Positions 1 through 11,841 of a stretch of 64,000 nucleotides of DNA are shown here, one piece after another (position 1 is the first letter of the stretch; every line of letters starts with the position of its first letter). Source of the stretch: Nemertoderma westbladi (Eukaryota > Animalia > Xenacoelomorpha); contig JAUCBJ010001693.1 in the NCBI GenBank assembly GCA_032718475.1, forward strand, positions 1 through 64,000, read 5' to 3'. The position numbers and the translations under genes were made by a program. The notes below the pieces were generated by a model, which was not told the origin of the DNA, made no database searches, and saw nothing but the letters and a program-made list of their open reading frames with translations.

Positions 1-1340
1 CGCAACCATTACCGACGTATCAACACCGACTCCGTCCTCATCAATCTCCACCACCCTCCCCTCAACAAAATCACACCGGCCATGTGACTCGATCCTAGTT
101 TGAACATTTGTTTTTACGGTGTTATGTTTTATAATTAATTAAATTTTGCTGCAATATTAAGGAACCCCTGAAATTCCTACCAGTGACCCTAAACCATTTT
201 GGTGCATCTGCCGTATATACAGTACATAGTTTAATTATCTCACAAAATCATTTACAGTTTTACGGTGCTATTTTTAATATTTTATGAAATTTTGCTGCAA
301 TAATTAATTCATATCCCCGCAAGTTCCTACCAGAGACCCCTAACCACTTTGGTGCATCTGCCGTATACATGGTACATAGTTTAATTATCTCTCAAAATCA
401 TTTACAGTTTCACGAGACCCTAAACCATTTTGGCGCATCTTTCATACAGTACATAGGCCTACTTTAATTATCTCACAAAATCATTTACAGTTTTATTGTA
501 CTTTTTAATACTTTTACCACAGACCCCAAACCACTTTGGTCCATATGACGTATATGCGGTACACAGTTTTATTACCTCACAGTTTTATGGTGCTATTTTA
601 TTTTAATTTTTGCTGCAATAATTATTTATACCTACCATTCTAAAAACATCTAACAAAGAAACCCACCACCCCCCCCCCCCCCCCCCAAACCCCCCTCTCA
701 AACCTGCTGAAATATTCCTCCTTATTTTCTCGAGACTCAAACCTTGTCCTAAAAATACTTTCCGCCAACTACGCCCATTCTCGGACTACCCACAACAAAG
801 CCCAACGTAGCCATTTTTATTCATACTGTATCTACGTGCCCCTTGATACTAAATTATACAGTAACACAGCCCTAAGTAACCCCTAGCCTGAAACCGGTAG
901 CTCCCCACAACCAGTTAACAGCCTGCCTGCCGCAGACTCATACCCCCTACAACCCTAGGTAGTTACCGTCAGCTACAGTACTTGCATACTTTGGCAACCT
1001 ACCTACCTAACATACCTAAACGACACATGTCCCCCCTCCCCGCCAGACCCACTTTAATTTTAATTGTACCACCCTTACTTAATTAAATAGACATACAGTA
1101 GGACCGCATGTCATTGTGTTTCCTTATAGTTATAATGATAATGTACGCGTTCTACCTAGCCAGTCATTCTGTTTTTATATAAATTGTTTTTAATGTTCAT
1201 TTTATCATAAATAAATACCGCTGAGGACACCCGCAACGGGCGAAATGCGCATACGGTAAATTAACTTTTTTATTATTTATAACCGTGGTTAGACCCTCAA
1301 CAACCCTACTATCTCTCCGCCTGGAGACATTTTCGATTAA
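1..1340 (+). mobile_element. 3' end of a Penelope-like retroelement (GIY-YIG tail, 3' UTR/pseudo-LTR)
   Basis: Frame 1 reads RNHYRRINTDSVLINLHHPPLNKITPAM* (1-87), resembling the R..E..I....P.LN end of Penelope GIY-YIG domains. It is followed by C/A-rich UTR, degenerate repeats (~170-600) and a minimal hammerhead at 1216-1258. The right boundary is approximate. Confidence 0.6.
1216..1258 (+). ncRNA. Minimal type I hammerhead ribozyme
   Basis: TACCG-CTGAGGA-ca-CCCG-caa-CGGG-c-GAAA-TGCGCA-TA-CGGTA. Stem I TACCG/CGGTA, core CUGANGA and GAAA, stem II, palindromic minimal stem III and a UH cleavage site, as in Penelope-associated minimal HHRs. Confidence 0.8.
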
Positions 1341-1384
1341 CTTTACATTTTACTGATAGAAGTTAAGTCAAATCCCCCGATGCC

Positions 1385-1632
1385 CCAGTCAGCTTAGTTG
1401 TTCACGTGCTGCTCGAAGTCCCAGACTAGTTAACCAGTTAGCTTAGTTGTTTACGTGCTGCTCGAAGTCCTAGACTAGTTAACAATCCGCAGTCCGACTA
1501 GTTGTTCACGTGCTGCTCGAAGCCCCAGACTAGTTAACCAGTCAGCTTAGTTGTTCACGTGCTGCTCGAAGCCCCAGACTAGTTAATCAGTCAGCTTATT
1601 TGTGTACGTGCTGCTCGAAGTCCCAGAATAGA
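1385..1632. repeat. 49-bp minisatellite, ~5 copies
   Basis: Unit cagtcagcttagttgttcacgtgctgctcgaagtcccagactagttaac repeated. Confidence 0.9.
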
Positions 1633-2080
1633 TAAAACAACAACAATAACGGATGAGTGAGTTAAACCGATAAGAAATAATTTATTCTGATTCAATGAAT
1701 TACATTTAGTCTTACTCTATTCATGTAGGGTTTTCAATGTTAAAACAGATTTGAATTTACCGCCAAAATATAGGTGGCAGATCTGATCTGCCACCCTTTT
1801 TAGTACAGTACTGCAGTAGTACAAAAGTAGTAACTTAGTAACTGAAGCAGAAGTAACTGAAGTAAGTAGTAACTGAAAGTAGTACTTTCAATCATTTGAA
1901 TTTCCCGCGCTATGAAGCAGGGTGGCACCTTTTAGGGACTTGTTTGCCAATTGCTAATGTCTGAATGTTTACCAGCGTAGGCCATACCACAGTTATGTAC
2001 GGGTACGGTTGACGGTATTAGGCCTATCTTACAGTCTTAAATGCAGAAATGCAAATGTGTTGTAAAATCTTACCGTAGCT

Positions 2081-3847
2081 GGGTGCATGTAAAGAGCGGA
2101 CTGCGGACTGCGGACTACGGACTGCGGATTGTCAATTAAAAGCCCAAATATGCGCGGTCAATTTGAATTTTAGCATTATAATGTAAGAATCCGCTCTTTG
2201 TTGTCTGGACAAACGGCGGACTGAAGCCAGAAAATTGTAACCTGATTGGCTCAATCATTTACATAGGCCCAAAGGGAACTTTCCTGAATCCTCTTATTGG
2301 CTTAAATGTTTTCATTGTGACACAGAGATGGAAACCTATTATTTTGAAAACCTATTATGTAGGCAGTAGGAAGAACTCTTGAACTTTCAATAAAATCTCT
2401 CAGGTTAAGGCCGGTTCACTCTTTTAAGCATGATTCATTCGTAATTATACTTTGGATGAAGACTTTGGGACTACCAGACTACTGTAGTATGTACTTCTGC
2501 TGCCGAAGCAGAGTTATGCTTATTGCTTAAAGGTGTGAACCGCGACCTTATAAGATATTCCTTGTTTGCTTGTTACTTAAATTAAAAGTTTTTACGTTGG
2601 GGTCGTCCAAAAAAAAGGGGGGGGGGGGGGGGGGTGGGGGGAGGTTGGCTTGTACTGCCACTATTATGTCTCTGTTAGTTGAAACAAAATTGGAACATAA
2701 TTGAAACATATTAGTCGTACATAGTTGTGAAACATTATTTTTCCAAGATTAACCGACTTATTAGCGTTCAAACATTTCCGACGATGACAACGACAGACGG
2801 GTCCACCACTTATACACATATGCTAAGGCTCACCTGGACTTACGTTGCTCGCCCCACAGTTAATCGCCCATGTGAAGAATACCAGGATTTCACTTTTCGG
2901 TCGACTTTTTATTGGAATTTTATATATGAAGATTATTTTTTTTTTTAATTTATCTTTATTAAATGTTTTATATCGCTTATTTCTGTCTTATAACCTGTAC
3001 ACATACTAATTCGTTTATTGTTTTGGTTAGATTCAGCCCTTCTGTAACCTGTATATTTGGTGAAAACCTGGTATTCTTCACATGGGGGTAACTGCAAAGT
3101 GAAATATAACGGCAGAAAGTCTGGTATACTTCACATGGGCCCAGTTAATCGTATGTCAGTGTCAGATATGTATGATATCACAGCCCACACTAAAAAAGCA
3201 TTAAAAAAAGCACTAGCCGATCAGGTGTTCGTGGTTTTCATTTTAAGGCTGTCATAAAAATTTGGACAGAATTAAATGCCAGTACAGCAGTAATTAGATG
3301 CGTCCTATTGGATGCTATTTATAGATCCACACCCCTTTCCTTTGCCCCTGTTCCCCCTTTTCTTACGCTCTCTTACCCCCAGCACAGAGAAGATCTTCCC
3401 CCAGCTCCTGCGCTTAGGATGTCCGAATATTCGCTCTTTTATATTTGCGAACTGTGACATAAACTCTAAAGGCAGGATGTATATAAAAATATTTATTGAA
3501 ATAAATAATCTGAAAATCCGTAGAATGTTGATTATATAGTAGGCCCTTAATCAACAGTCCACGTAATTACTGTATAGGATAGTTATTTCCTGTATTACAG
3601 TGTTGCACAATGGTAAACATTTGAAAGCCAAATGGGATGATTCATTCTTTAAGTTCCCTTTCAGCTTCAGCCTATGTACATGATTGAGCCAATCAGGTTA
3701 CAATTTACCGGCTTCAGTCCGCCATTTGTCCAGACAACAAAGAGCGGATTCTTAGTTTGGAAGTCGATAATTCAAATTGACCGCGCGTATTTTGGCAATC
3801 CCCAGTCCGTAGTCCGCCAGTCCGCAGTCCGCTCTTTACATGCACCC
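2081..3847. mobile_element. Non-autonomous Mutator-like (MULE) element
   Basis: ~185-bp TIRs (gggtgcatgtaaagagcggactgcgg... / ...ccgcagtccgctctttacatgcaccc) flanked by the 9-bp TSD accgtagct (2072-2080, 3848-3856). Confidence 0.85.
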
Positions 3848-4066
3848 ACCGTAGCTAACGCATAACGGTGTCGTTGGTGTCAGACATCCAGTAGTGCCAG
3901 AAACCATTACCGGTACGGTACACAGTACCGGTACCGGTACCGGTAGACCCACATACTGACATAGTGAGATAATACTGTAGTACGCGGACCCGGAATACTG
4001 GAATACAGCAGTACCGGTGCCCTGTACATTACTACATCAGTCGCTGGTCGGGCAATTAACAGATTA

Positions 4067-5134
4067 ATGGAGGGTAATAGGCTTACCGGAGATCGTGGTC
4101 CGACTACGGGTGCCTCTAGAGGGAATGCCGGCACTGTTTCTAAACAACTTGCATCTGGAGTTGTCAAACTAGGGGGAGATGTAGACGGTTATAACAGTGC
4201 CTCGCCGGAGTCGAAACGATTTAAAACAGAAGAAAAAACTGGATTATTTAAAAAACTACCGGTACCATTACCAAAGAACAAAAACAAGAAGTTGGAAAAA
4301 ACAATTCCGAATCCTGATAGCAGGAAGACAATAATGAAGTGTTTGAAAGAAATTCGAGAGTTGCAGGAAAGTTCAGTAACTTATAGAGAGATGGTCATCA
4401 AAACATTTTTGAAAGATACCTCCACTCTAAAGATTGGCAAATGTTGTGATGTATGTGGAAGGGTATTCGGTAAATGTGAGAGATTGAAAATGGGAACCCA
4501 GGATATTTCTGGTTGCACTCGTGTTCAAAACGGGATTGACATACTATGCGTGTGGTGCGAGTCAACTAGACATATGATCGCTGTGTGCCCGGATCTTTGT
4601 AAAGCTTGCTGGACGTGCGGATTACGTGGGCACGGAAGCCTTCCCGGAAAAAATAAAAAATGTTGGAAGGAGTTCTCTATTGCCGAGCAAATTCGGCTGT
4701 ACGACCGACTAGAAAGCTACGCTGAAGATCATGTTTCGCTAGAGAATCGCATGGGATATGCGGGGCCCGGATACGGCGGGAGAAGTGAGGCTAATCGGAA
4801 AATGCGGAACGGGTTATTTTCTTTCCCAGTAGATATTCTTCATAAAAATCAGATTAATACGGAGTCGTATAACTTTACTTACAAACATCTGAAGGACAAG
4901 GCCAGGCATCCTGAAGTTGGTCCCCTTAAAGTGCAGGAATGGCTTCTACAGTACAGTCCAGATGAACCCGAGCAGGCTAACTGGCTGTTCGATGACACAG
5001 CTACCAACCCATATGATGCCAATGATACCGACTCGAGTTTAATCACCAAACTAGTGACTAGACTAATGACTAAGGCCACCAGTAGTGGGTTTGATCACCG
5101 CGCCGGTTTATTTGTTAAAAGTATAGTTTTATAA
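4067..5134 (+). CDS. Intronless 355-aa Cys/His-rich putative Zn-finger protein, related to the accessory ORF of the BEL/Pao element
   Basis: Uninterrupted non-repetitive ORF with motifs CCDVC, CVWC-x4-H-x4-CP and CWTCGLRGH, a basic N-terminal patch, and AATAAA near 5208. Confidence 0.75.
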   Translation: MEGNRLTGDRGPTTGASRGNAGTVSKQLASGVVKLGGDVDGYNSASPESKRFKTEEKTGLFKKLPVPLPKNKNKKLEKTIPNPDSRKTIMKCLKEIRELQESSVTYREMVIKTFLKDTSTLKIGKCCDVCGRVFGKCERLKMGTQDISGCTRVQNGIDILCVWCESTRHMIAVCPDLCKACWTCGLRGHGSLPGKNKKCWKEFSIAEQIRLYDRLESYAEDHVSLENRMGYAGPGYGGRSEANRKMRNGLFSFPVDILHKNQINTESYNFTYKHLKDKARHPEVGPLKVQEWLLQYSPDEPEQANWLFDDTATNPYDANDTDSSLITKLVTRLMTKATSSGFDHRAGLFVKSIVL

Positions 5135-5849
5135 TTTAACTTTTTTTGTTATAAATATTAACGTCTTATCTACATTTTTTCATTTTCTCACAGATTTATA
5201 AGAGAGAAATAAAGATAAAAGATACAATATGCATATTTGTATGTTATTCGTATTTATCTATTAATTGCAAATCCATCCAGTCCCTTAGATATTAGTTAGA
5301 GAGTACAGATGTTATTATTTTTCAATTGTATAATTTTTTAACTACTTACTTCATGGCGAATATAAATCCATCACGTATATGTTATTAGTCGATTATAGTT
5401 TGCATAATACTGTGTGTATATATATAAATGTGTATGTATATAATTGTATTCGAACCAGTATTATTATTATTATTATTAGGGTCGCGTGAATGGATTTTGC
5501 TCAAATTACTTGCAAACCTTTTCTACTTCGATGCTCTTTGAAAACATAAAATAAAATTCCACCAAAAATATGTTAAATTTTACTTTTTTCGCCCAGAAAA
5601 AAGGTAAAATAGAAGCAATCGTATGGGTTACTTATTCCCTAGGGAAAAAAAGTACTCATTTTTCTCCCGATTTTGGGGTATATTCGATCGATAAAGTAAC
5701 AATTTAAGAATAAAAAATGTTACTTTGTTTTTGTAAAATAAATAGTTATTATTTTTAAATAGAACATTATTTTAAATCCTTCCATAGAAAATACGTTTAA
5801 ACAATCAACTACATTATTCTCACACCTTTTACATTATTTTCACTGCAAA

Positions 5850-6295
5850 GTCAGATTGGCCAGGGATATTTACTTAGGCCACTCCAGAGTTTCCAGTAAA
5901 AACCACGCACCTTTACAACGTGGCTTAAATGAAGAAGTTCGTCGTTTGAGAGGAATCCAAAGGTTGAGCATCCGTATGTGGCGGCGGGCATTATTACTAA
6001 AGACCACAGTTTGGATGCGGTTTTCATGGAGACTGTATGTAGATTCACCAAGGGCGCTAGACGCTTACAGGAGGCAATACCGCGCGGGCCTGGGGGTGCG
6101 AATAATGCCCGGATGGCTTATTGGTGGTAGACAATACCACGCCCAGGTAGTTAAATTTATTATCAGATTGTAATTGGTGACTATTGTACATAAGTTTATC
6201 GTCATGGGATAGACGCCGGCCTCTTCCAAAATTTTACGACCTTTGTCTTGGTGAGATTAACCTCAAGGTCGTTAACCTTACAGTAAACTTAAAAT
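5850..6295 (-). mobile_element. Degenerate LINE fragment related to the element at 47120-50703
   Basis: Minus-strand KLWSLVIMPAATYG...HVVKVRGFYWKLWSGLSKY matches [14 protein letters not shown]...[19 protein letters not shown] of the intact LINE ORF. Confidence 0.85.
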
Positions 6296-6799
6296 TCTTC
6301 AAACTTAAACTTAAAAAAAAAATCCTTAATTCTTATTGAATTTAATTAAATATATATGTGCATATGCATGCATACAATATGCATATGCACACATATGTAT
6401 ACAAATACATATGCATATAGCTAGACTTTGCTAAAAAAAATAGTTCCAGAACAAGTTTTTCTTATTCTATAACGTTCTTTTAATATTTTGTAAATCTATT
6501 AAAATGTTATAGAACAATAATATTTGTTCTTGAACCTTTTTTTATATTACTTAACATGTTTTAGAACATTTCCAACGAATTAAAAAATTTAAAGTATAAA
6601 TTACAGTATAATTACAAACACAATTAATGAGAAACTAGGCCACCGAACCTGAAAGAGGGAAACTGATAGTTTATATAAGACTAGATTACCGGTAGGATCT
6701 TAGGTAGTACCGTTCTGCCATACATACTTTGAAATAATAATAAGTTGTTAATCCGTTCTTTAACTCCGCATCAACAAACATATAACGTGATTGGTGCTT

Positions 6800-8530
6800 G
6801 GGATTTCACTTAATAGCAATTAATCGGATTGGTCCATTTGTTATAAATGACAGTGATATCTGCAACGAGTTGCAGGCTCAATACCAGTTTGTTTTCTCAA
6901 ACACGGTTGTGGATTCGAGGTATATAATGTTTAAAATATTCAGTGAATCAATGAGTTCAGGGATCTTCAAAAAACAATTCAAATATGGGATTATAACTCC
7001 AATCTCTAAGAAGGGATTCAACCTTTTAACACGTCCAGTCTCATTAACCTCACACCTATCTAAAATATTAGATCATTATATGGGATTCCTGATGAAATTA
7101 TTGCAGCAATCAGATCAGTATACGATGGTTCGACAACATTTGTGTCTACTGTTGACGGTGACACAGAACCATTTGAAGTGTTATGGGGCGTCCTCCAAGG
7201 AGACACACTTGCACCATTCTTGTTCATTATTGTGGTTGACTATGTTCTACGCATGTCCTTAGATCATCATAATGATGATGGGGTGATGATAACTCCACCT
7301 ACTGGATCCAGAAGTCGAGGAAATCCTGCCAAGTACCTAACTGATCTAGACTTTGCTGATGACTTAGGAGTACTCTCAGAATCATTAGAGGGAGCCCAAC
7401 GGCTCCTCAGCTCATTAGAACATGCTGCTTCTAGTGTTGGTCTTTTTATTAACTCCAGAAAGACCAAAATTCTGACAGTTAACTTTGAAAGTCCTCAGCA
7501 AGTCTCTGATCGGATGAGCATAAGCTCAAAGGATGGTATGCTTGAGCATGTGGACGACTTCTGTTACCTGGGATCATGGATCCGGAAGTCAGGTGAGGAC
7601 CTTCGAATATGTAAGGGAAAGGAATGGGCAGCCTTGAATAGGCTTTCCAGGATTTGGAAGTCACCGAGAATTAATCGGAAACTTAAGGTCCGATTATTTA
7701 GAGCAGCAGTAGTTCCAGTACTCCTCTATGGGAGTCCATGCTGGGCTCTAACTGCTGAGGACACCAAATCTCTGGATGGCACATTCACAAGAATGCTACG
7801 CCGGGTTCATTGTGTCAAGTACAATGCACACATCTCCAACCAGACACTATATAACATTGAAGGTGTCTCATTGGTTCCCCCAAGCTTGACACTAGAACAA
7901 AATCGCCTCCGCTTTGCAGGACATTGCTTTCGCCGTGAGGACCAGCCAGTGCATAATCTTGTACTTTGGCAGCCTCATGGAGTGATTAAGCATGGTGGAC
8001 AGCCCATGACTTTCTTGAGACGCATCTTAAAGGACGCTGGCCTTAAAGATGCGGATGATCTAGCAAATGTCATGGGTGATAGGGAGTTGTGGCGGTGCAA
8101 TTTTGTTGACAAGCCGGCACAGCATTCTTAAAAATGCAGCTGCAATGCAGCATGCCGATCCTAGTAGAAAATATTAGAACGAATAATTAATTAGGGACGG
8201 TTTGGTCGATTATTTAGAGTCCAATAGCCTACTAAATTTATTCCAGCACGGTTTTCAACGGGGCAGATCGTGTCTCTCTCAGCTACTCGTCCAGTATAGT
8301 CACATATTAGCCCTTTTATCAACAGGTGACGGGACAGATATTATCTATCTTGACTTCGCCAAGGCCTTCGACAAAGTGGGCCATGGTAACTTGCTCAACA
8401 AAGTTGGCAGTCTTGGTATATGAGGTTACCTGGGCTGCTGGATACCAGACTTTCTCTCCAACAGGTTCCAACAAGTATCAGTTAACGGATTGATCCCGTA
8501 TAATTAATTAGCGTGGTTCCTCAGGGTACA
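6800..8530 (+). mobile_element. Degenerate CR1-like LINE RT fragment, interrupted by an RTE insertion
   Basis: ITPISKKG..RPVSLTSHLSKIL lies before the insertion, and YLESNSLL..QHGFQRGRSCLSQLL..DIIYLDFAKAFDKV after it. Stops and frameshifts are present. Confidence 0.8.
7073..8167 (+). mobile_element. 5'-truncated RTE-clade LINE (RT C-terminal part, ORF 7142-8131)
   Basis: GVLQGDTLAPFLF, LDFADD, FCYLGS and RLRFAGHC motifs. Short tagtag tail. 11-bp TSD aaaatattaga (7062-7072, 8168-8178). Confidence 0.9.
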
Positions 8531-8637
8531 ATAAATCCAATAACAATATAATCAATAACCGGTAACTGATTGGTAATCAATTCAAACCCTCTCTATGAAT
8601 GATATGGCTGTTGTTGTGAGCTACAGTAAGGCTCCCT

Positions 8638-10620
8638 TTAACCCTATTTGGCCCGGGGGAGTCATTTTATATTTTTTTTGTAATTTATCTGTACCTTCGA
8701 GTCAGATTTGTTTGGAAACCGAGATTTCGTGACGTTTCCTACAATTTATTTGGCTATCCAACAGAGCTAACGCCATTTATATGGCAATGTTAGTTTTCGT
8801 GCTCTGGGCCCTTTCTGGCACCCACCTCCAGTATTTTTCGTGCTAAAATAACAAAAGTTTTCATTGTTCACTAAAATTAATATAATCACGGTAGATAGAG
8901 GTTTTTTTGGATGCTCAAATGCTGGATCACGATTATAAACTCAAATATAACATTAGAGAAAAAATTTGGTCAATTTGAATGTGCCCCCTGGGGCACGAAG
9001 AAAACAAGTAGTGGAAATATGATAATGAAAAATCACCACGAAATCAAATTGATTTTATGACCATATGGGTTTTTGGGATCACTGAAAATTATCGTACCTT
9101 GTTGATTACGGCATTTTTGGATTTGTGTCAAAGTTCGGCACAAAATGGGCCCTGGCACAAATTTGATAATAACGAACCTGCCTATTAATAGGCCAGGGTA
9201 GTTCTTGTCAAGAGTTGAGCCGTTCAAAAACACGATGTGGGTGTGTGTAGGTAGGGGGGGTGTGTGTGTGTGTGTGTATAACCATCCAATATATCAAAAA
9301 CTCAAGCAGGTACGCAAAAATTTAATAACAAACTCTCCATAAATTTTTGTTGCGCACAAGACTGTATATTTTTTGTGGCGTTTCGATCACGGGGTCACTG
9401 AAAAATAGCGGTTTTGAAAATTTAAAGACGGATTTCACCGATTTCAACTCGTCGAGTATGCACCAACTTTTTTGCCTCAGAATCTTTTCAAATATCGCCA
9501 ATCTCGCACAGAACGTCGCCAAAATTTGTTAGTCCTGCAAAAAAACGCACCAATTCGTCTAAAAGAGAAAATTATTGGTTGCAGAATAATATGATTCAAC
9601 TAGAAAAGGGGGCTATGAGGAGACCGTCCATAGACAAACGTAGTGTAGTTGGGTCCCTCCTCATTCATTATCATCAACCTATAAAACATCTGAACGGCCC
9701 AGTGCTTACAATGATATTCCCATATGATTCACTGGGAAGAGCTATTCAGCTGGCGGGGTAATACATTATACAAACTTACAGTTGATGTTTGATTACTGTC
9801 TGGGTTAGAGTGAGATAGTAATAAATTTAGCAAGTAGAACAGTAGTATACCGGTACTTCTCTGCAGTTTGGGCCTATCCACCATTCAATAAATAGTAGTA
9901 GCTTTTTAGGCCCTCATGAGTACCAGCAGCTGGTGTTTCTATCGTTGAGTTGATGGCAATAGGCCTATTCGTGTTTTCATTTTCGCTCACTCAGGGTACT
10001 GGTTTGAGAGGCAGGTTCGTTTAAGGCCAGCTTGCTGGCTTTCTAGTTAAAAATCATTACCAAATCAACAGGAATTTCTGACATTAGGGGTTTTCTTTTC
10101 TGGGATGCTGTTCACGAATAAAAATATACGATCAAAACTTTGAAAGTTTTTTTCGTCCCACCAGACAAACACCAAAAATGAGTTGCGTTACCACAAATGA
10201 TTTTTAACGATTTGTATAGTGATCAGTGGCCTTGAAACCCCATGTATCTTCATAATTATATACCAAAGCCAAAAATTTAACAGTTTGACATTTTTGCTAC
10301 TCGTACTTTTCGTTCTGGGGCACCAGAATGGCACCAAAAATGATGTTTGCATTTCCAGAAATATTATTACTGTAACTAGTTGTGTCGTGATCAGTGACCT
10401 CGAAAACCCTTTTACCTTCAGAATTATTAAGACAAACACAAAACTTTTTAGTTTGATATTTATGCTTACATTAAGTATTTTTCATTCTGGGAGACCAAAA
10501 TAGCACCAAAATGATGGTTGCATTGCCAGAAAATATTTTTAAAAAGTTTTATCGTGATCAGCGACCTCGAAAACCCTTTTAATACCATCAAAATTGTAAT
10601 TTTTGAGCTTTGATTCCAAA
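8638..10620. mobile_element. Probable non-autonomous DNA transposon remnant(s)
   Basis: Starts ttaa-ccctatt like the element at 63711. Contains ~170-bp imperfect repeats with gtgatcagtgacctcgaaaaccc (10190-10600). The right terminus was not found. Confidence 0.4.
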
Positions 10621-11841
10621 GAATTTCTAAAGTGACCCATGGTATATTAAATATAGAAATATATTCTATTTTAGTATTCCATGACTCCCTCTATCTGCCA
10701 GTGTACCCAGGCCAACCTGCATTTCCCGCTGGGCGGCAGGTGATTCAGACCAGTTGAATTGTCAGGAAAATGTTTATATTAAATGCTTCTACAGTTTAGG
10801 TTTAGTGGTAACTGCCATGTGAACACATAGATAGATATTAGCACAGTTCTGCGATATTGGTTCCCTAACCGCCTCCCTTACTAACCTGCATAATTTAAAA
10901 CATAAACCGTTTGGAAATCACGAATAAATCCACTGTGCCGGTGAGCTTCCATCCGAGCCGCTAATATGTGGTCAATAACGGTAGGCCTACTAATAGCTAC
11001 TATACCTACATATATTGCTGCAGTGGTTGTGGTAGGCTAGGCTTACTGTAATTACGAACTACTGTATATAGCTTTACAATTATTTCGAAAATGGAAAAAT
11101 GCCCCTCCCATTTGAGTGAGTGCTTGGATAAGTACGGAAGCACATACGTAGATAAGAATTCCATGACAACCAATGGGAATTTTGGTTTGGTACATCATTG
11201 AACCATTTACACAGTAACGGGAAAAAATGATATAAGCTACTCCTTAATGAATTAAGAGAGGGCGGCGATTTAAATTTATATATGGTTTTTTTGATTCCTC
11301 ATAATAGATTGAATTATTCATTTTTATGCATTTTAAAAATTATTCATTAAATTAATCGTAATTTACCATACAATTGGTAAATACTAGTGTTTACGCTTTA
11401 GTTTAAGTATTTACCAAACTAGTGTACAATTTAATTTTAAATAATTTAGTTTAGGCCTTTTCCCATTGGGATACTCCAATTGGGGTGTCACAGTCACAGG
11501 TACGGGTCTAATTCTAAATTTTAGTACCATTACCATTACACCACAATCGGAGAACGCATGGATCAATTTCCAGGAATGTAGGCCTACATGGACGTACAGT
11601 TATGATATCGGTAGAAATACAAAAATAGGAGAAATATTCCTGAGTATTTATTACGAGAGTTATTTGTTTCCACCTCCACTAACTGAAACATTAATGACAA
11701 AAAAACAGGATTTTCTACAAATAGGGTGTCCGCGTCATCTAAACGGGAATCTAAATAATAGTTCGAAAGTTTCTACACGGAAAATAGACCGGAGTACTGT
11801 GAATGGGGGGCGCGGTCGCCTTATACTGTACCCTAACCCTA

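Noticed and set aside
5856-6173. 105-aa plus-strand ORF
   Set aside because: Antisense to a recognisable LINE fragment.
11831-11841. ccctaaccct as telomeric repeat
   Set aside because: Fewer than two full units; expected by chance.
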